Source: Azolla caroliniana (Eukaryota > Plantae > Polypodiophyta). Taken from it: 64,000 bases of DNA. Position numbers and translations under genes: made by a program. Location: NCBI GenBank assembly GCA_043228905.1, contig JBHGNT010000011.1, positions 5,394,001 through 5,458,000 on the forward strand. The letters are read 5' to 3'. How positions within the stretch are numbered: position 1 is the first letter of the stretch; every line of letters begins with the position of its first letter. Positions 39,201 through 52,911 of this stretch are shown piece after piece. The notes below the pieces were generated by a model. The model did no database searches, was not told the origin of the DNA, and was given only the letters and a program-made list of their open reading frames with translations.

Positions 39201-40365
39201 AAGAGACTAAAGAATCTTGTTATCGGGATTACATGGGCCAATCTAACATGAGAGGTCTTCAAAAAAAAGAAAGCACCTCCATTGTCAGGTGATTATTTGT
39301 TAATGACAAGGTGATGAGATTGTGGTCTAAACAGATGTGGCTGTATGCATGAGAAATTGCTATTTCCTGATCCGTCCTAACATGAGAGGTCTTCAAAGGA
39401 AGGAAAGCACCTCCATTGTCAGGTGATTATTTGTTAATGACAATGTGATGAGATTGTGGTCTAAATAGATGTGGCCTGTATGCATGAGAAATTGCTATTT
39501 CCTGATCCATCGTAACCCCTTCTGAGTCTGGTTGTCAACACCACACTTTTGTAGCCTTTGACTTGTAGCATGAGTGAAAAAGCTAAAGAGCAAAGGTGCA
39601 CGTCAGATCAGAAAAACAGGAAACCTGCAAACAGAGAAGAAAACCAAGGAAAAATTGCTTTTGGTAAGTGAACATATGCATCATGATCATGTGTGGGAAG
39701 ATCCCCACTAGATCAAAGCTCAAATTAATTTGGATAGTATCTCATAAAGATTTTAAATAAAGCGGGTTGTCTGGATCTCATGAGGGCTTAAAATTAGTAG
39801 TTAGTTTACTGTTTGGATGAAATTTTACGTTCATTGTTCTGTTGAAGTTTGGATTAGAAAAAAATCAGACTGCTTCACTGCTTACTAATACTTAAATCCT
39901 GGCAGTTCAAATTCACAAGTAATTGTTGAAGAATTGGAGATGGATTGCTTCCAAAAATATGGCAAGACAGGCAGATCCTTCTACAATTCCCAAATTGCAA
40001 GCACTCTTCGATGGCTCTCCTCATGCTCCTCATCCGATCTAGATGCACGGGTGCCGCAACGAAGTGCATTTGTCATGAATGAACAATCTAGACGACAAGA
40101 AATCACTAGCAAACCAGGCTTGCCTAATCCCAAGCATACCGCCACATTTGTTGAACCGAACATTAATACCGCAGACTGCAAAAGGTTACTAGTGGATACA
40201 GCGAAAGGGTCTTATGAAACACCTCTTACCAGACAACTGAATTCTATTGATCGAAAGAGAAGATCTGATGGTGCTGAGAATGTTGTCCATGAGACTGTTG
40301 CAACAAGTCTTCCAATGATACCCTCTTTTTCTTCCTTCATGATGAAAAAACATAAGTCAAACTGA
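21234..40365 (+). CDS. RECQL3: ATP-dependent DNA helicase Q-like 3 (RecQ family), ~726 aa, 19 exons
   Basis: GT-AG exons: 21234-21393, 21478-21585, 21714-21721, 21807-21890, 21956-22096, 22180-22214, 22320-22403, 23133-23221, 26736-26888, 27171-27267, 27844-27847, 27942-28091, 28185-28277, 28749-28814, 28902-29029, 29288-29382, 38354-38469, 38574-38683, 39906-40365 (2181 nt, in frame). Motifs: [53 protein letters not shown] Zn residues (CRR...C..TCDCC), SEFWN, C-terminal [21 protein letters not shown] and PMIPSFSSF, as recalled for Arabidopsis RECQL3. Confidence 0.93.
24459..26560 (-). mobile_element. RTE/RTEX-like non-LTR retrotransposon, 5'-truncated and degenerate, in RECQL3 intron 8
   Basis: Minus-strand RT motifs [41 protein letters not shown]; C-terminal [29 protein letters not shown] knuckle; ~400-bp 3' UTR ending in a (TTTC)n tail at ~24459-24470. 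Confidence 0.85.
30690..32340 (-). mobile_element. Degenerate copia fragment (protease/RT) in RECQL3 intron 16
   Basis: ORFs 31992-32174 ([19 protein letters not shown]), 31212-31526 ([20 protein letters not shown]...QMDVK) and 30593-30916 ([14 protein letters not shown]). Confidence 0.8.
32816..34130 (-). mobile_element. Copia 3' half: RT-RNaseH, PPT and 3' LTR
   Basis: ORFs 33659-34156 (RT end) and 33236-33580 ([32 protein letters not shown]). PPT AGGGGGA precedes an LTR at 32816-33138 (TGTTAC...CTACA on minus), which contains a ~46-bp internal tandem repeat. Confidence 0.8.
34130..36630 (+). mobile_element. Degenerate copia (integrase-RT-RNaseH-PPT, truncated LTR)
   Basis: [52 protein letters not shown] and [27 protein letters not shown] then TGTTGGG at ~36574. 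Confidence 0.8.
36680..37620 (-). mobile_element. Two rearranged fragments of the RTE/RTEX-like LINE
   Basis: ORF 36797-37060 ([33 protein letters not shown]); 3' UTR copy from ~37055. Confidence 0.75.
38738..39590 (-). mobile_element. Two stacked LINE 3'-end copies with an internal ~133-bp tandem duplication
   Basis: Family 3' motif at ~38765 and ~39085, each preceded by (GAAA)n; duplication 39243-39373 / 39377-39508. Confidence 0.7.
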
Positions 40366-41334
40366 CTTTCCATTTTGCTACAAATGACTCATTTCCACTT
40401 TGCTACAAATATTTCAGTTAGTAATAGTGAATTAATGTGTTCGTGTTTTGGAAATATACTGTTTGTTTTGTTCATAGAATATGAAGTTAAAGTTAAATTA
40501 TGTCATTATTGTCGATGATCTACATCAAGGGATGTCATGGGTGGAACATAAAATTTGTATGTGTGAATATTCTTACCCATATTGATGCATTTTTTCGTGT
40601 TTTTCATTTCTTTTACAAGTTGTATGAGTTTAAAAAACAATGCTGGGTATGAGATTCACAAGATGTAATGATGTGTAGTAATGATATTGCAATATGGAAA
40701 TGTAATTTTACAAGTGCTTTGAGTCTGACCCAAGACCCTTGAAAAAGCCTAATTGAAATGTTATCCATCACTGACTGGTGATAGAATCAATCTGTCTCCT
40801 ACTAATGAACTCTGATCTTCTAAAGCATGAAGGTTCATTAATATGTATTGATCCCATCAAATCTATCAAAAGTAAATGAAGTAAATGCAGGTTACTCAAT
40901 TCATTGTTGTACAAGTACACTCTAGAATGTTTTTAAAACATGCAAACAAGCAATTTTTGCTGTATTTGTCATACCTGTTAATCAAGCAAGGTTCGAGCTT
41001 TACAACTTGTAGTCAGAAAAAATTTAGCAAACAAATTATGTTTTATTATGCATAGTTGCTCATCAAGAAAACCTAGTTTTCTGATCAGATTAAAGTGGTG
41101 AATTCAATCATGTTCCTTCAAGACAATTGGAACTCCTTTTGAACTTCTAGGAAAGCTTGAATATTAATGGATTATTGTATGTTGAGATGGCTAAATGGCC
41201 TTATCATAGTAAAGGTCGTTCAACAATATTTGTGGTATCGATAGTGTTGGCATTTGTGCAAGAGAAATTCTCTTACACAATAGCTGACTATCACTTATTT
41301 AAGTGTAACAAAGTAGGCATTATGACCTATTCTT

Positions 41335-42220
41335 TTAACATCTTTTAAGACCCTAAAATAGCCTATAAGATGAAATAGGAGATTGCATCTTAACTATTGT
41401 TTGGTCTTTGAGGACAACAAACTAGAATAAATGTTACTAAGTAAATATATATGTATGGATGTATGGATGTATGTATATGAGACTAAAGAATCTTGTCCTC
41501 AATGCATGTAATATTCGAAAGTCTAGAATGGAGAAGTCTTTGAAGCGAGGAAGCACCTACAATGGCGAAGATAATGGCCTATGTGCATGACAAATTGCCA
41601 TTGACAATCTATTGTAACCCATTTATTACATTAGTCTCAGGATCTTTAGGCTATCCTTCTTTCAAACTTGGGTTAATCTAGTGGGGGTAGAGTTTATCCC
41701 CATAGCTTGCAACAACTCTCATTTAGATCAAAAGTATGTTTGTGCAACGTCTTTTCTGTCGATTGAATAGCTACGGGTTAAAAAAAAAGATGAAGTCTTT
41801 GAAGTGAGGAAGCACATATAATGGCAAGAGATAATGGCCTATGTGCATGCAATTTGCCATTACCCAAATTGCATTACCCAATCTACTGTGACCCATTTGT
41901 TACGTCACTATCTAGAGCCTATTTGAGTAGCCCTTGATTGACTAGTAGTATGAGTAGTGATGGGGCTAAAGAAAGTAATGGTGGTCCTTTGTTGATGTCT
42001 TGTGTGGTGCACTATTGACCTTCAATAACTCTTTCATGCGTCTCTTGAATTCTAGCAAGAAACGTGCTAAGCAACGCTAGCCCTATTCCATTGGTGCAAC
42101 AAACCTTGCTTAACAAGGGGATGGTATCTCCCCCTTATTTCATTAAAAACAATGACAAATTTTGTGCTCTTCAAATTCTACTCCCTCATAACACAATTGC
42201 CAAATGCTTTTTTCTAGAAT
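41335..42220 (-). mobile_element. Old degenerate copy of the RTE/RTEX-like LINE 3' region
   Basis: Similar to 24470-25200 (TTTTAAGACCCTAAAATAGCCTATAAG...; ACACAATTGCCAAATGC). Confidence 0.65.
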
Positions 42221-42559
42221 ATAACTAACTGAATGGTTAGTATAATTAAAGTGAGGGTTTGATCATCTTTGGATTCAATAGTACAAAGATGTTCTCCCTT
42301 GTTGAGAATCTTCATTTTTACTATGTCAACGTCCCCATTGACTTATCCACAAAGGCAAACTTGCTTACACCTAGGAGTCGACAACAGTTCTACTCAAACG
42401 TAAACCAAACATTAAACTATTGTTAACAATTTAACAATTCGGTGGTTTGGTTCAAGCCTGAGCTTACTTAACCAATTTGAGCTCAAGTTGGTCCGGCTTG
42501 AGCCATGCTTAACCGGCTCAAACCAATTAAGCCATTCATATACTTTCAATTGATAGGGG

Positions 42560-42770
42560 AGAGAGAGAGAGATAAATGTCTTTTAAGAGGCCAAAATGGC
42601 CTATAAGACCAAACAAGAGATTACATATAAAGTGTTGTCTCGTCTTTGAGAATAACAAATAAAAATAAAAATAAATATTACTCAATAAATATAAAAGTGA
42701 ATAAGATAAAAAGAGACGAGGGAATTTGGTTTTCGGCACATGTGAGATTCTCAAGCTAGATATATTGTAA
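42560..42770 (-). mobile_element. ~200-bp LINE 3'-end copy inserted in a (GA)n tract
   Basis: Very similar to 24478-24670; (GA)n on both sides. Confidence 0.8.
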
Positions 42771-42961
42771 GTTTAGAGAGAGAGAGAGGTTCCGACTCCC
42801 ATCCCTACTATCCTAAAAACTCAAAAAAATAATTATAAACAAAAAATGTTAGTAACCAATTTAAGGTTCAATTTGGTTTGAGTTTGAACTTCCCCAAACA
42901 GATTACACCTTCAACAGTTTGGCTTGGAGAATGCCAAACCAGTTAAGTCAAAACCTTATTC

Positions 42962-43330
42962 CACCCATGTAAAAGATTCCTCAAGGATCAAATTAACAAT
43001 TACAAGAAACATTTCAAATATTTTCTACCTAGCTTATGAATCATGATGTTTGGATAGATTGTCTCTTGAATCATACATCAAGATTATTTTATTTATATTA
43101 TCGTGTTCAAGTATATGACGTGAAACTCCTAGAATCAATCTTCACCTTATGTAAAAGATCCCTCAAGGATCATACTAACAATTATAAGAAACATTTCAAC
43201 TATTGTCTATCTAGGTTATTATGATGTTTGGATAAATTGTTTCCTGAATCATACATCAAGATTACTTTAAATTACATCTCAGTTTCAAGAGTGAAGTGAA
43301 ATCCTGGAATCAAAACTTCACCTTAACATG
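42962..43330. repeat. ~182-bp tandem duplication downstream of the transporter gene
   Basis: AAAGATTCCTCAAGGATCA...GAATCAATCTTCACCTTA repeated as AAAGATCCCTCAAGGATCA...GAATCAAAACTTCACCTTA. Confidence 0.75.
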
Positions 43331-43672
43331 AGAATAATACATGAATTAGCCAAATGTGCAAAATAAGAAGTGGGTAGTTAATCCTTCCAATTATATCACA
43401 CTGAATTCAGAAGAAAACAACCCCCAACAATTCAAAAATGTCTATAATCAGTATATGCAATGACCTTTACACACTGTAACACCTCACCCCCTTACCAGGT
43501 GGGATTTTGTTGGTGAAGCATTTTCTTCCATCAATAATGATCAAATAGAAAGACGAATGGAAGTTATTAGCGAGACATTTCGTTTCTTGCATCTACATTT
43601 GACTTGCTGCTGCAAAGTTGATTGTGAACCATGCAACAAGGATAAATCATCCATAAAGCCAAAGACTGATTT

Positions 43673-46600
43673 TTACAAAGAGAGCTTTGCCTCTATCTCT
43701 TCCAAGCTCAACCCTTTTGTTTCTGGAACTTTTAGGGCTATGAATAGTAATGCAAACAAGCCAATGATTGCAAAAAGTAAGAACGTTCCAGCAGTTCCAA
43801 TCGTTTCCTGCAGCCAAACATAACTACTTTAAATAAACTAGGAGAAATTTAAAAGAAGATGAAATCATACATGGATGCCTATAGAATAATATGCAGTAAC
43901 CCCAAAGGATATCACCAATAACCTTAGCAATCAGCAACAAATTTAGAGCTGAACCGAACCACAAGAACCCATATCATAAGCTATATTTTAAGTTTAGAAA
44001 TTTGCAAATGGTTCAGTTTGAGTTTGGTTTGGCTTGGGGTTTCACGGGTTCGGTTTGGTTCAGTTTTATCAGCTTAACAATTCCCAGTTTAAATGGCGTC
44101 AAACCACAAGTTCAAAGCTTTTAATGGTTTTGGGTTACAACATTTTTGAAATACTTGAATATGAATAAACTTAAGCTAAAGGCTATAACCTATCAACATA
44201 ATAAGTTATAACCTTTGAGATCAGTATTTTCTTCTTTCCTTCGTTTATAAGTAGGAGACTTTTGGTTTGAAACACGTCATTAAAGATTTGCGCAAAAGTT
44301 AACACAAGATATTGGTTTGCGCCGAACTGCAAAACTGAGACATGACCACTTAACAGTTTGCAAATCTCTTGTACAGTTTGATTTGATCAATTTAAACAGT
44401 TTCCTAGTTCGGTCTGGTTTGGTTTAGGTTTCAAATTTTTTGAGCAATTATAGAGTTTGAGACTCCTAAACTGAACCTAATCATTGTCAATTGTGAAGTA
44501 ACCTCACAGAATACAAGAGTGATAATGAATATTTTCTTTTCAAGAGTTATAAAACACATACCTGAAGAGGAGAAAATGCAAAAGTCACCACAGCATTTGC
44601 AGCGAAGTTCAACAAGACAGCAATACTTAAAGCACGTCCACGAGTTCTCAATGGAAAAATCTCAGACACCATAAGCCATGATATAGGTCCAAATGAAACC
44701 TGCAAAGACAATACAACTGCACTTCAATTCACAATGCCATTATATATGTGCTCTGTTCCATTAATAATCAATAGAGTACAGTTCTGGGAATCGTGCACCA
44801 GGTTATGATTGTTCAATATGCTGGTCACACTCACTCCCTTGTATGAAGCAGTCATATGGAAGTCTCAGCAATGTGGGAGATTGGAAAAACATCAAAAGGC
44901 CATTCATTACAATGATTTCTCCCATGATAAGGAGCAAAACATCAGTGTCATATAATATAAGATAGAGGTGAGTGGGGAGCAGCTCAGCTCCTATAGTCGT
45001 AGAGGCATTTTTTCAAGACATAACTCATAATATATCAAATCTGTGAATTTACCCTGGCATCACCATCCATGAATAGCTCTTGCCTCATCTATACAACTAC
45101 CAGAGGAAGTACAGTTACAAATCAGAAGAGCCAGGATAACTCGAGCAGAGCTCTTCGTCATGGACATTCCAGATGCCAATCTCAACCACAACTCCAACAT
45201 GCAAAACTTCAAAAAATCGAAGTCCTTCATCACATGTTATCAACAGTCCCAGCGACCTTTCCATATTTGATCACCATGATAGATGTTTTCAAAGAGCAGC
45301 AATTTCAGTTCCAATTATCAGGCACAAAACTTCATTGTTGGTAATTTATGATTCATTTTGTGACCTCTTTCAGTACGTGGGATTTTCTAGCTTTTTGGGT
45401 GGACAGTTGATTGTATCTCATTTTCGCAGTTAGCAAAGTTTTTTATAGAGTCCTTCAATACGAACCAACATTGACAGAATGTTTGATCCCTCCCCTATAT
45501 CACATTTAAGTGTTTTGATTTCTTTCCCATATAAGCAATGGCCGTGCTTGTCATTTAGTTTGAGGAAGCTACAGTATAAAAACCCTAAACCCTTTCCTTA
45601 TTTGCATTGACAAGCTAACAGATACAGCTGGAATCTTTTTAAGTCTCATAGGCCATTATGATCTTATAGGCATAGTAGTATAACCTTATTTTCTTCCCCG
45701 CGTTAGAGTTGTAACTCCTACCTGATAAGAGCCAACATAAAGAAGCAGGGCCACAACTGCCAATGCTGAAGCTCCTTGTGCAAAAGCATAGTACACTGTC
45801 AACAGCAACAGAGAAAAAACCTGGAGACAAAAGATTTCATAAGACCCATTTTTCAATATGTTACCAATCTTAACATTGAGCATTACACTGAAGAAACAAA
45901 AAAGCATTTATCTTACAAGGCCCCCTACACCAACAAAAAGCAAAGGCCTTCGACCCAATTTATCCACTTTCCAAACTGCAAATAGTGTCATCAAAACCTG
46001 TAAAGTGAAAATAGAAATGAAAAGAATAATAAATTCAAAACTTGGTAGATTCGTTCGAAACTTATCTCTCATTTCAACTTTTATTAAATTCGTCCTGGTA
46101 AAAGGAGCTATGTGTTGAACAATCAAAGAGATATTTCAAAGGACAAACTGGCTTGTAGATTTCATGGAAGTCTTTCATTTTTGCACTTGGAATAAAAACT
46201 GCTCAATAAATGCATAAATAATCAATTTCATAGACACAACAGAACTATTTCAGTTAGAGGGGAAGCATTCAGGTTAAGAAGGTTTCCAGACAAGAAGACA
46301 TTTTAAATCTTTACGAGATCCAATACACAAGAATTGCCATGCCCCCAAAGAGCATTTCCTCTGAAGGAAAAATTTCGCCTCTTAGACAATTGGCAGTAAA
46401 ACCGTCTCCTGAACAGTAAAAGAAAGTTAAAAAATGTACTCCTATACAAACTGAATCTGAAGCCTGAGGACGAGACCCAGGAAATTATTCATGCCTAAGT
46501 AAATATAGCACATGTGTAAATAAATCCATGACACAAGCATGTACAGAAGTTAAGATTAACTAATGTAGAAAATATAACTAAAAGGTCGTAATTTTTCTTT

Positions 46601-49600
46601 TATGACACTATAATAACTACTTCTTTTATTATCTCCCCAAGAACCTTTGAGGCCTAGCACAGCGGATGTGAAATAGCTAAGCACCAACAATCCCTAGACT
46701 GGATGAGCCAACGCTGGCAATCCCTCGTATCAGCATGTGATCTGGTTCAATTAGCATCGAATCGCCATTTTGTACCTTATGCAATCACTTTTGGTTAGGC
46801 CCCATACAGATTTATATAAAAATTATGATTGAGTGGATGAGTTAGTGAGACAAGGCTGTTTTTGAAGATGTGACACTTGGCAGCACAGGAAAACTTTCTT
46901 TGCCTCAAATAAATCTCTTTTCTATACAGATCTTGAAACTTGGTTTCAAGCTGATGGAAACTCACTTTAGAGTGCTGAAATCTATATATAACATAACTGA
47001 CCACTGCCCTGTTATACTTGTCATTGAAAAATAAGCAGCAAAGGTGCTTCCCTTCCTTTCAAGATCTCCATCTTGGAGCAGCCTATGTTGGAGATTTTTC
47101 GAAGACGGAAATTTCAGAATCTCAAGTGCTTAGAGAACTATATTCTTTAGCAACCAGATTGGCTGTATATTTATTTCCGTTTGTTGTCTCTTTTTGTATT
47201 ATTCACGGTGGGTTAGAAGCTCTACATGCAGGTTTTATTTTCTGAAATAGCATAAACAGTTGGCTGCGATTTTTAGGGTTTGGGCTCTATTTTATTGTAT
47301 CCTCTTCTATTAATTATCAATAGAATAAATACCAAAAGGAGTGCCAACCTTGGGAAACTTTCCATGTTCAGGCATGACCCAGCTTACTTGACATCGACTT
47401 ATACTTAGGAAGTCCAAAATCTTAAGCGGACAGTTCTTCATTTATGTAAGATTTTTCTGGGGATGAAATTAAAGCTTAAATCGCTGGTTTGATTGGGTAT
47501 ATTACGACCCTCTGAACATTCAAAAGGCAAGTTTCAGTGATGTTCTCTGATGTTTGAAAAGAAAGTAAATTGTTTTTGTTTAACAGTAATATGTGCAAAT
47601 CAGTGAGTTTTGCACTTGGTTTTAACACTAGATAACGATCGGGAGGATAAGCACTTATTGGAATATGTGATTCAGCATAGCCCAATGAGTTAGTGATACC
47701 TTGAAAAGGCCCAAGATAACAGAAACCCCTGTGGCATCAGAAGCAGCAGCAAAACCTGCACTCTATACAATAGAAAGAAAGGTTTATTTTACATTCATGT
47801 ATTTTCCTTTGCTAAAATAAGAATGTAATCAATCTAAATAAGAAAGTGGAACACCTGGAAGATTGATGCAGCATAGTAAAGAACACTGGGTTGACCGGTA
47901 ATCTGAACCATAAATTCACAACATTAGATAATTTATTGCAGCCCCACCAAGAATTATATGACAGTGTATGAGCGAGAAGTTTTACCTGTTGGAAGAGTAC
48001 AAGGCCACAGCCAATGATCAAAGCTTTCAAACTTGTACCCGTGAAAAGCTCAGCTAGGCTTGCTTCATCATGAACAAGCTGCAATGACTGCAAGGTTTCT
48101 TGCATTTGATGTGCAATCACCTCTTCATCAACACCAGATCCTCTCAATCTACGGATGGCTGCAGCCGCTCTCTCTTGTGACTTATCCATGACTGAATTTC
48201 CTTTGCAAGCACAAAGCAATATCCAACGTGGTGACGGTGGCATCCACCACATACCAAATGCCAAAATCAAGGCAATAGGACCAGCAATGGCATACATTAT
48301 CCTCCACCCTCCAATGGCACCAATTGCCAAATACCCAACAAGATAGCCTAGCTGTGGAAAGCATTCACTGGCATGAGAATCACTCTCACATAGACAACTT
48401 AGCATAGACGTTCTCAGGAAAACCTTACCAACATGCCCAGAACTATAAAAGCTTCTTTCATAGAAATCAGCATGCCACGAATCTCCCCAGGGCAAGTTTC
48501 GGCAATGTACATTGGAGCTCCATGCATGGCCTAACAGAAACACTAAAATATATGATTTAAATGAATGTAGAATTTGATATGAATCTGAAAGAGATGTTGA
48601 GTGCATAAAAATATGGACTGCATATTTAAGAGCATTAAATCCATGCCATGTATTAAACAAGCCTAAAGAAAATTGGTCAGCGTCCTGGGTAGACTAGCCT
48701 TTGATCCTCAGTGGTGAGGCCTAAAATAGCACGATTAGGCTTGTGCATGATTTATTATTGTATGCTTGATCATTACTGAAAGCTATTTCAACTTTGGTAA
48801 ATCCCATGCAAGGCCTAGTCAATGTTTATGTCATTCCCTGTTCACAAGGAAATGTGACATATGGCTTCTCCATTTTTTGCATTATTCAAAGTCGAATATG
48901 CACGAAGCGATGAGAACACATCAAGAGTTTGAACTCATGAACATGAAAGAAAAAGCAATTTTACAACTCACATCATATGTGGGATTAAAACCTAGATCGT
49001 TGCTGCACACATCAAGAAATAGCTACATGCCAATATACATATAATCCCGCAAGAATCAATACTATAGGTTTATAACTGGTTTTTTCTGATGTCTAATATC
49101 ATTGAAGTTATTAAATATCAATGTGAATATCATTATGCCTTGTGTGTAATATGTCCATCATGTCATCAAGTATTCACTTCACTTCATGAATATTTTCATT
49201 TGTTACTTTTCTAATCAACCTACATGTCATATTACTCCAGTTTTTATGATCCCTACCATGCCAATTCCTAATCCATAGACTAATCTTCCCACAACCAGGA
49301 TTATGAAACTGGGTGCTGCGGTCTGTATCACTGCTCCAACAATGTAGAAGGTGGCTGCTACTATCAACTCTCTGCGACGACCTTCATATTCAGCCAATAA
49401 ATCAATTAGATATGTGAGATCAATAAAGATTAACCGTGAACTTCCGTGGCATAGAAAATGTGTATACACACACCCAGAAAGTCAGCTACAGCGAAAGCCA
49501 TGGCAGACCCCACAAGGGCACCATATAATGAGCCACTCTCCTGTGTTTCAAAAAACAAACGTTGAGGTTACAGCTATAAAAGTCTACATCTATTCCATGC

Positions 49601-52016
49601 AGCGCAGTAACTTTAAATGACATCGAGGAAAATATTACCACAAGCCCAATCTGTACTGATGATAATTCATACCAACTTGTTCCACTCAGTGAAGAAGACT
49701 GTACCATCAAGAAAAAGCCCACTGTACCACTATTAGATGTTGAATTGCAAGAATTTTATGTGTGTGCGTGTGTGTCTGTACATATGTATGTATGCTGTAC
49801 AACATAATCAGTTAGAAGATGAATTAGAAAGGCAGTCCACATTTTTTCAAATGATGTAAACGACAGGTTCAAGTTGATGGTGAGCCTATTCATAACTAAA
49901 AAATGACATGTATAAAATATTGGTTTTGGTCCTCCCACTGGGGGACCTTCCAGAGTAATGCTTGACGGAGAGGGGTTGCAAAGCCATTCTTCCTTTCAAG
50001 GTCTGTCACACAGGGATTACTATAAAAGTTCTTTGCTCTGTCAACATACCCTAGTTTGACAATGTTACCCCATTTGGCTGCAAATAGAGATGTGATAGGA
50101 TTGTCTCGCTTTTCTCAACAGAAACTAGCTGCCTAAATCTAGGCAGATGATACATTTATGTCTTTGGAGGCTAACCAATAGAATATTCGTTAAGCAGTGC
50201 ATGTTCACATTGGCTTCAGGGTTACATATTAATACCACCAAATCAAAACACTCGTTAGCTGCACAAAATGCAACCTGCTCACTTTAGGATGGCAGGGCCA
50301 CATGGTAACTCATGGAAATATTGCATTGCACCGGGGATATCCCCTAATATCACATGGTTACATTGCGGATATCTCTAATCACATGTATTGTCTAATTAGT
50401 TGCTTGACTGGAATGGAAGATGCACACAATACACTCCATCAATACTAGTTTTTAGATGTAGAGACGACAGCCTTGGGTTTCCATTTCATGGTTCTTCTTG
50501 GAAGACATGGGTACTATGCATGGTAAAACGCGGATTCCCGCATATCATGGTGGCACATTATCAATCCTGGTTAGCTGATCAATACTAATAGTCCACATGA
50601 TTTGAGTCTTTTCATTTGTTCCTGGAAACTTGCGCTTGAAACGTCCTCTGGGAAAACAAGTGATCCCTTGCAAGACAATTTCCTTTGAGCTGAAATATTG
50701 GCCCATCTCAAATTGCATAAGATGGCAAAACTTAGACTGGTTCTATTGTTGATGTTCTTTCCCTGCACAGTTGAGCTCTAATGGCATCTCGCTCAGTGTA
50801 GAAAGTTCTTTGTGCCTGAAGTGTACTGCGATGTATGGACAACCCATCCAGTCTGTTTCCCAGGGAATCATGCATCCGCAGCATACAGTTTTTTGGTGAA
50901 CTGACATCGAATGCATTTAACCGTGATTTCCATACTTGAGTACATGACCATATTGGCCATTGGAGTGGTCTCCTTCACTGGTTGTTTCTACACCATTTTC
51001 TGGAAACCCATTAGGAAGGAACTTCTTTTTAACATCATATGGGATTTCTGTTTCAATGTACCGCACCACACAGCCTATTATTATCAGGTGAATTGATTAT
51101 TAGGCTCCTTGCCATGCAACCATCTTGTTGCTCCTTCGGTTATATTGTGACCTTTGTACAGCATAGTGCTTAATATAATTTTACCGCATTACAAAAAATA
51201 CAAGAGAAAGATGAAAGAAAAACCTGAAGAGATATGTTGGCAGATGACGTGGCCCCGATATCGTATCCATAGAGAAATCCTCCAAGAGCGGGGAAGAAGA
51301 ACCTAGATGAAGAAAGAAAAAAAATAGGGGAGTAAGTCAGAATTACCTTCATATACAAAGCATTGGCAAAGAAACAGAGATGTAGAATTCCATATGCAAA
51401 GAAAGCATCACATAGGAACAAAGATAGAGAACAGTGGTGAAGCCGAATTTCCATACACAAAGAATGGGCCCACAGAAACCAAGATAGAACGATGGCAAAG
51501 TTGAACTTTTCATATTGAAAAACACCATCAACAAAGAAACAAAGGTAAGCAAGTGCAGAAGCCAATATTTCAAACATCAAGAAACGAAAGGAATTTCGTA
51601 TGTTGAAACATCAACAAGAACAGGGGTGAAACACAAAAACACAATTTGAAAGTTCCATGTACAGAGCATATCGTAAGCAGGGAAATAAGACCTATTACAT
51701 ACACAAAGAGTATATGTCAAAACAAGCAGCAGGAAGGGAACACATAACAACGAGAAATGAGTTCCCATCAACAAAAGAGACTCGACAAGAAACAAAAAGG
51801 GGGTACATATAAACAAGAACATAGTTGTGCAATGTAGGGAGGAAAGGAAAGAGGGGGTTAGGCTTAGGGTTAGGGTTAGGCTTAGGCTTACGCGACGATG
51901 ACGGCGCTCCATTTGAAGGTGAGAGAGGAAGAAGAGAATCTCTCTCTTGCTGCGGCTGCTTCCTGGGACTCGATGAGAGGGGAGTAGGCAGAAGAGGCAT
52001 GGGCATCAGGCTTCAT
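43673..52016 (-). CDS. VGT: Major facilitator sugar porter, VGT (vacuolar glucose transporter / D-xylose-proton symporter-like) subfamily, ~495 aa, 13 exons
   Basis: Exons (minus): 52016-51892, 51302-51224, 49698-49639, 49540-49474, 49381-49257, 48530-48429, 48351-47986, 47902-47855, 47762-47700, 45997-45917, 45820-45722, 44699-44562, 43807-43673 (1488 nt, in frame). Motifs: FPALGGFLYGYDIGATS, DFLGRRREL, PMYIAET, PPSPRW, FQQITGQPSVLYYA, VDKLGRRPLL, FGPISWLMVSEIFPLRTRG, VPETKGLSLEEIE. Confidence 0.92.
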
Positions 52017-52082
52017 GATCAAGCGATGTCTTTCTCTATCTCTTATCTCTGGGTGAGAGAGTAATGAATTGGGTGTGTGTAG

Positions 52083-52101
52083 AAGAAACCTGATATGATA
52101 T

Positions 52102-52168
<67 letters not shown>

Positions 52169-52258
52169 GTGGATATGTATAAGAAAGAGATGGGGGGGGT
52201 GGGGGTCACGTGATGGCGTCCTTGCAGGCTCCTTGTGCTTCACGTTTTGACACGCATG

Positions 52259-52302
<44 letters not shown>

Positions 52303-52400
52303 TGCAGAGCAGGGGAGAGCAGGGGAGAAGAAGAAGAAGAAGAAGAAGAAGAAGAAGAAGAAGGAAGCTGAGCCGCTGAACCGCTGAACCGCTGAACCGT
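52083..52400. repeat. Microsatellite cluster (TG)n(AG)n, (GA)n, (GAA)n, (CCGCTGAA)3 in the transporter 5' region
   Basis: Directly visible. Confidence 0.9.
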
Positions 52401-52786
52401 CAGAAGAGGTGTTTTTCCCTTTTCTCTTTTCTCGTTTCTCTGATCTGACACACACACAAGACACGCACACACATTTAATTCTTCTTCTTCTTCTTCTTCT
52501 TCTTCTCCTCCTCCTCCTTCTCTATCATTGAATTTGTCATCAATGTTAATAAATACAACATATGTATCTCAAGAAGAATGAAGACAGATAGAGAGAGTAG
52601 TGTGTGTTTGAATTTCATTCATTCATTCATTACTTCATTATGATACTTCAATTGAGTTTTTTGTGTTGTGTTTGTGTGTTGGGCGGAAAGGAAACAAAAG
52701 AAAAGAAAAGAGAGGAAAGCGTGGCCGCCTCCGCATCACACCCCCCCCCCCTCTCACTTTGCCTCTCCCTCTCTGCCTTATCCGAT

Positions 52787-52911
52787 CCGATACAATGTGA
52801 TACACAACGACCCGATACAATGTGATACACTACGACCCGATACAATGTGATACACTACAACCCGATACAATGTGATACACTACGATCCGATGCAATGCGA
52901 TACAATACGAT
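52787..52911. repeat. 25-bp minisatellite x5 (CCGATACAATGTGATACACTACGAC)
   Basis: Five contiguous copies with no spacers; the last copy is degenerate. Confidence 0.9.

Noticed and set aside
43940-44480. GGTTCGGTTTGGTT-rich segment resembling a hAT-derived MITE (similar text at 42440-42960)
   Set aside because: Could not define TIRs or a TSD by eye.
47812-48660. 282-aa single-exon membrane protein ORF
   Set aside because: It is exon 7 of the VGT gene with read-through into flanking introns and out-of-frame exon 6.
50280-51150. Possible LINE RT relic in VGT intron 2 (SFTGCFYTIFWKPI)
   Set aside because: Only one weak motif; too decayed to support without a search.
52787-52911. CRISPR-like appearance of 25-bp repeats
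   Set aside because: Units are contiguous with no unique spacers, there are no cas genes, and the context is eukaryotic.
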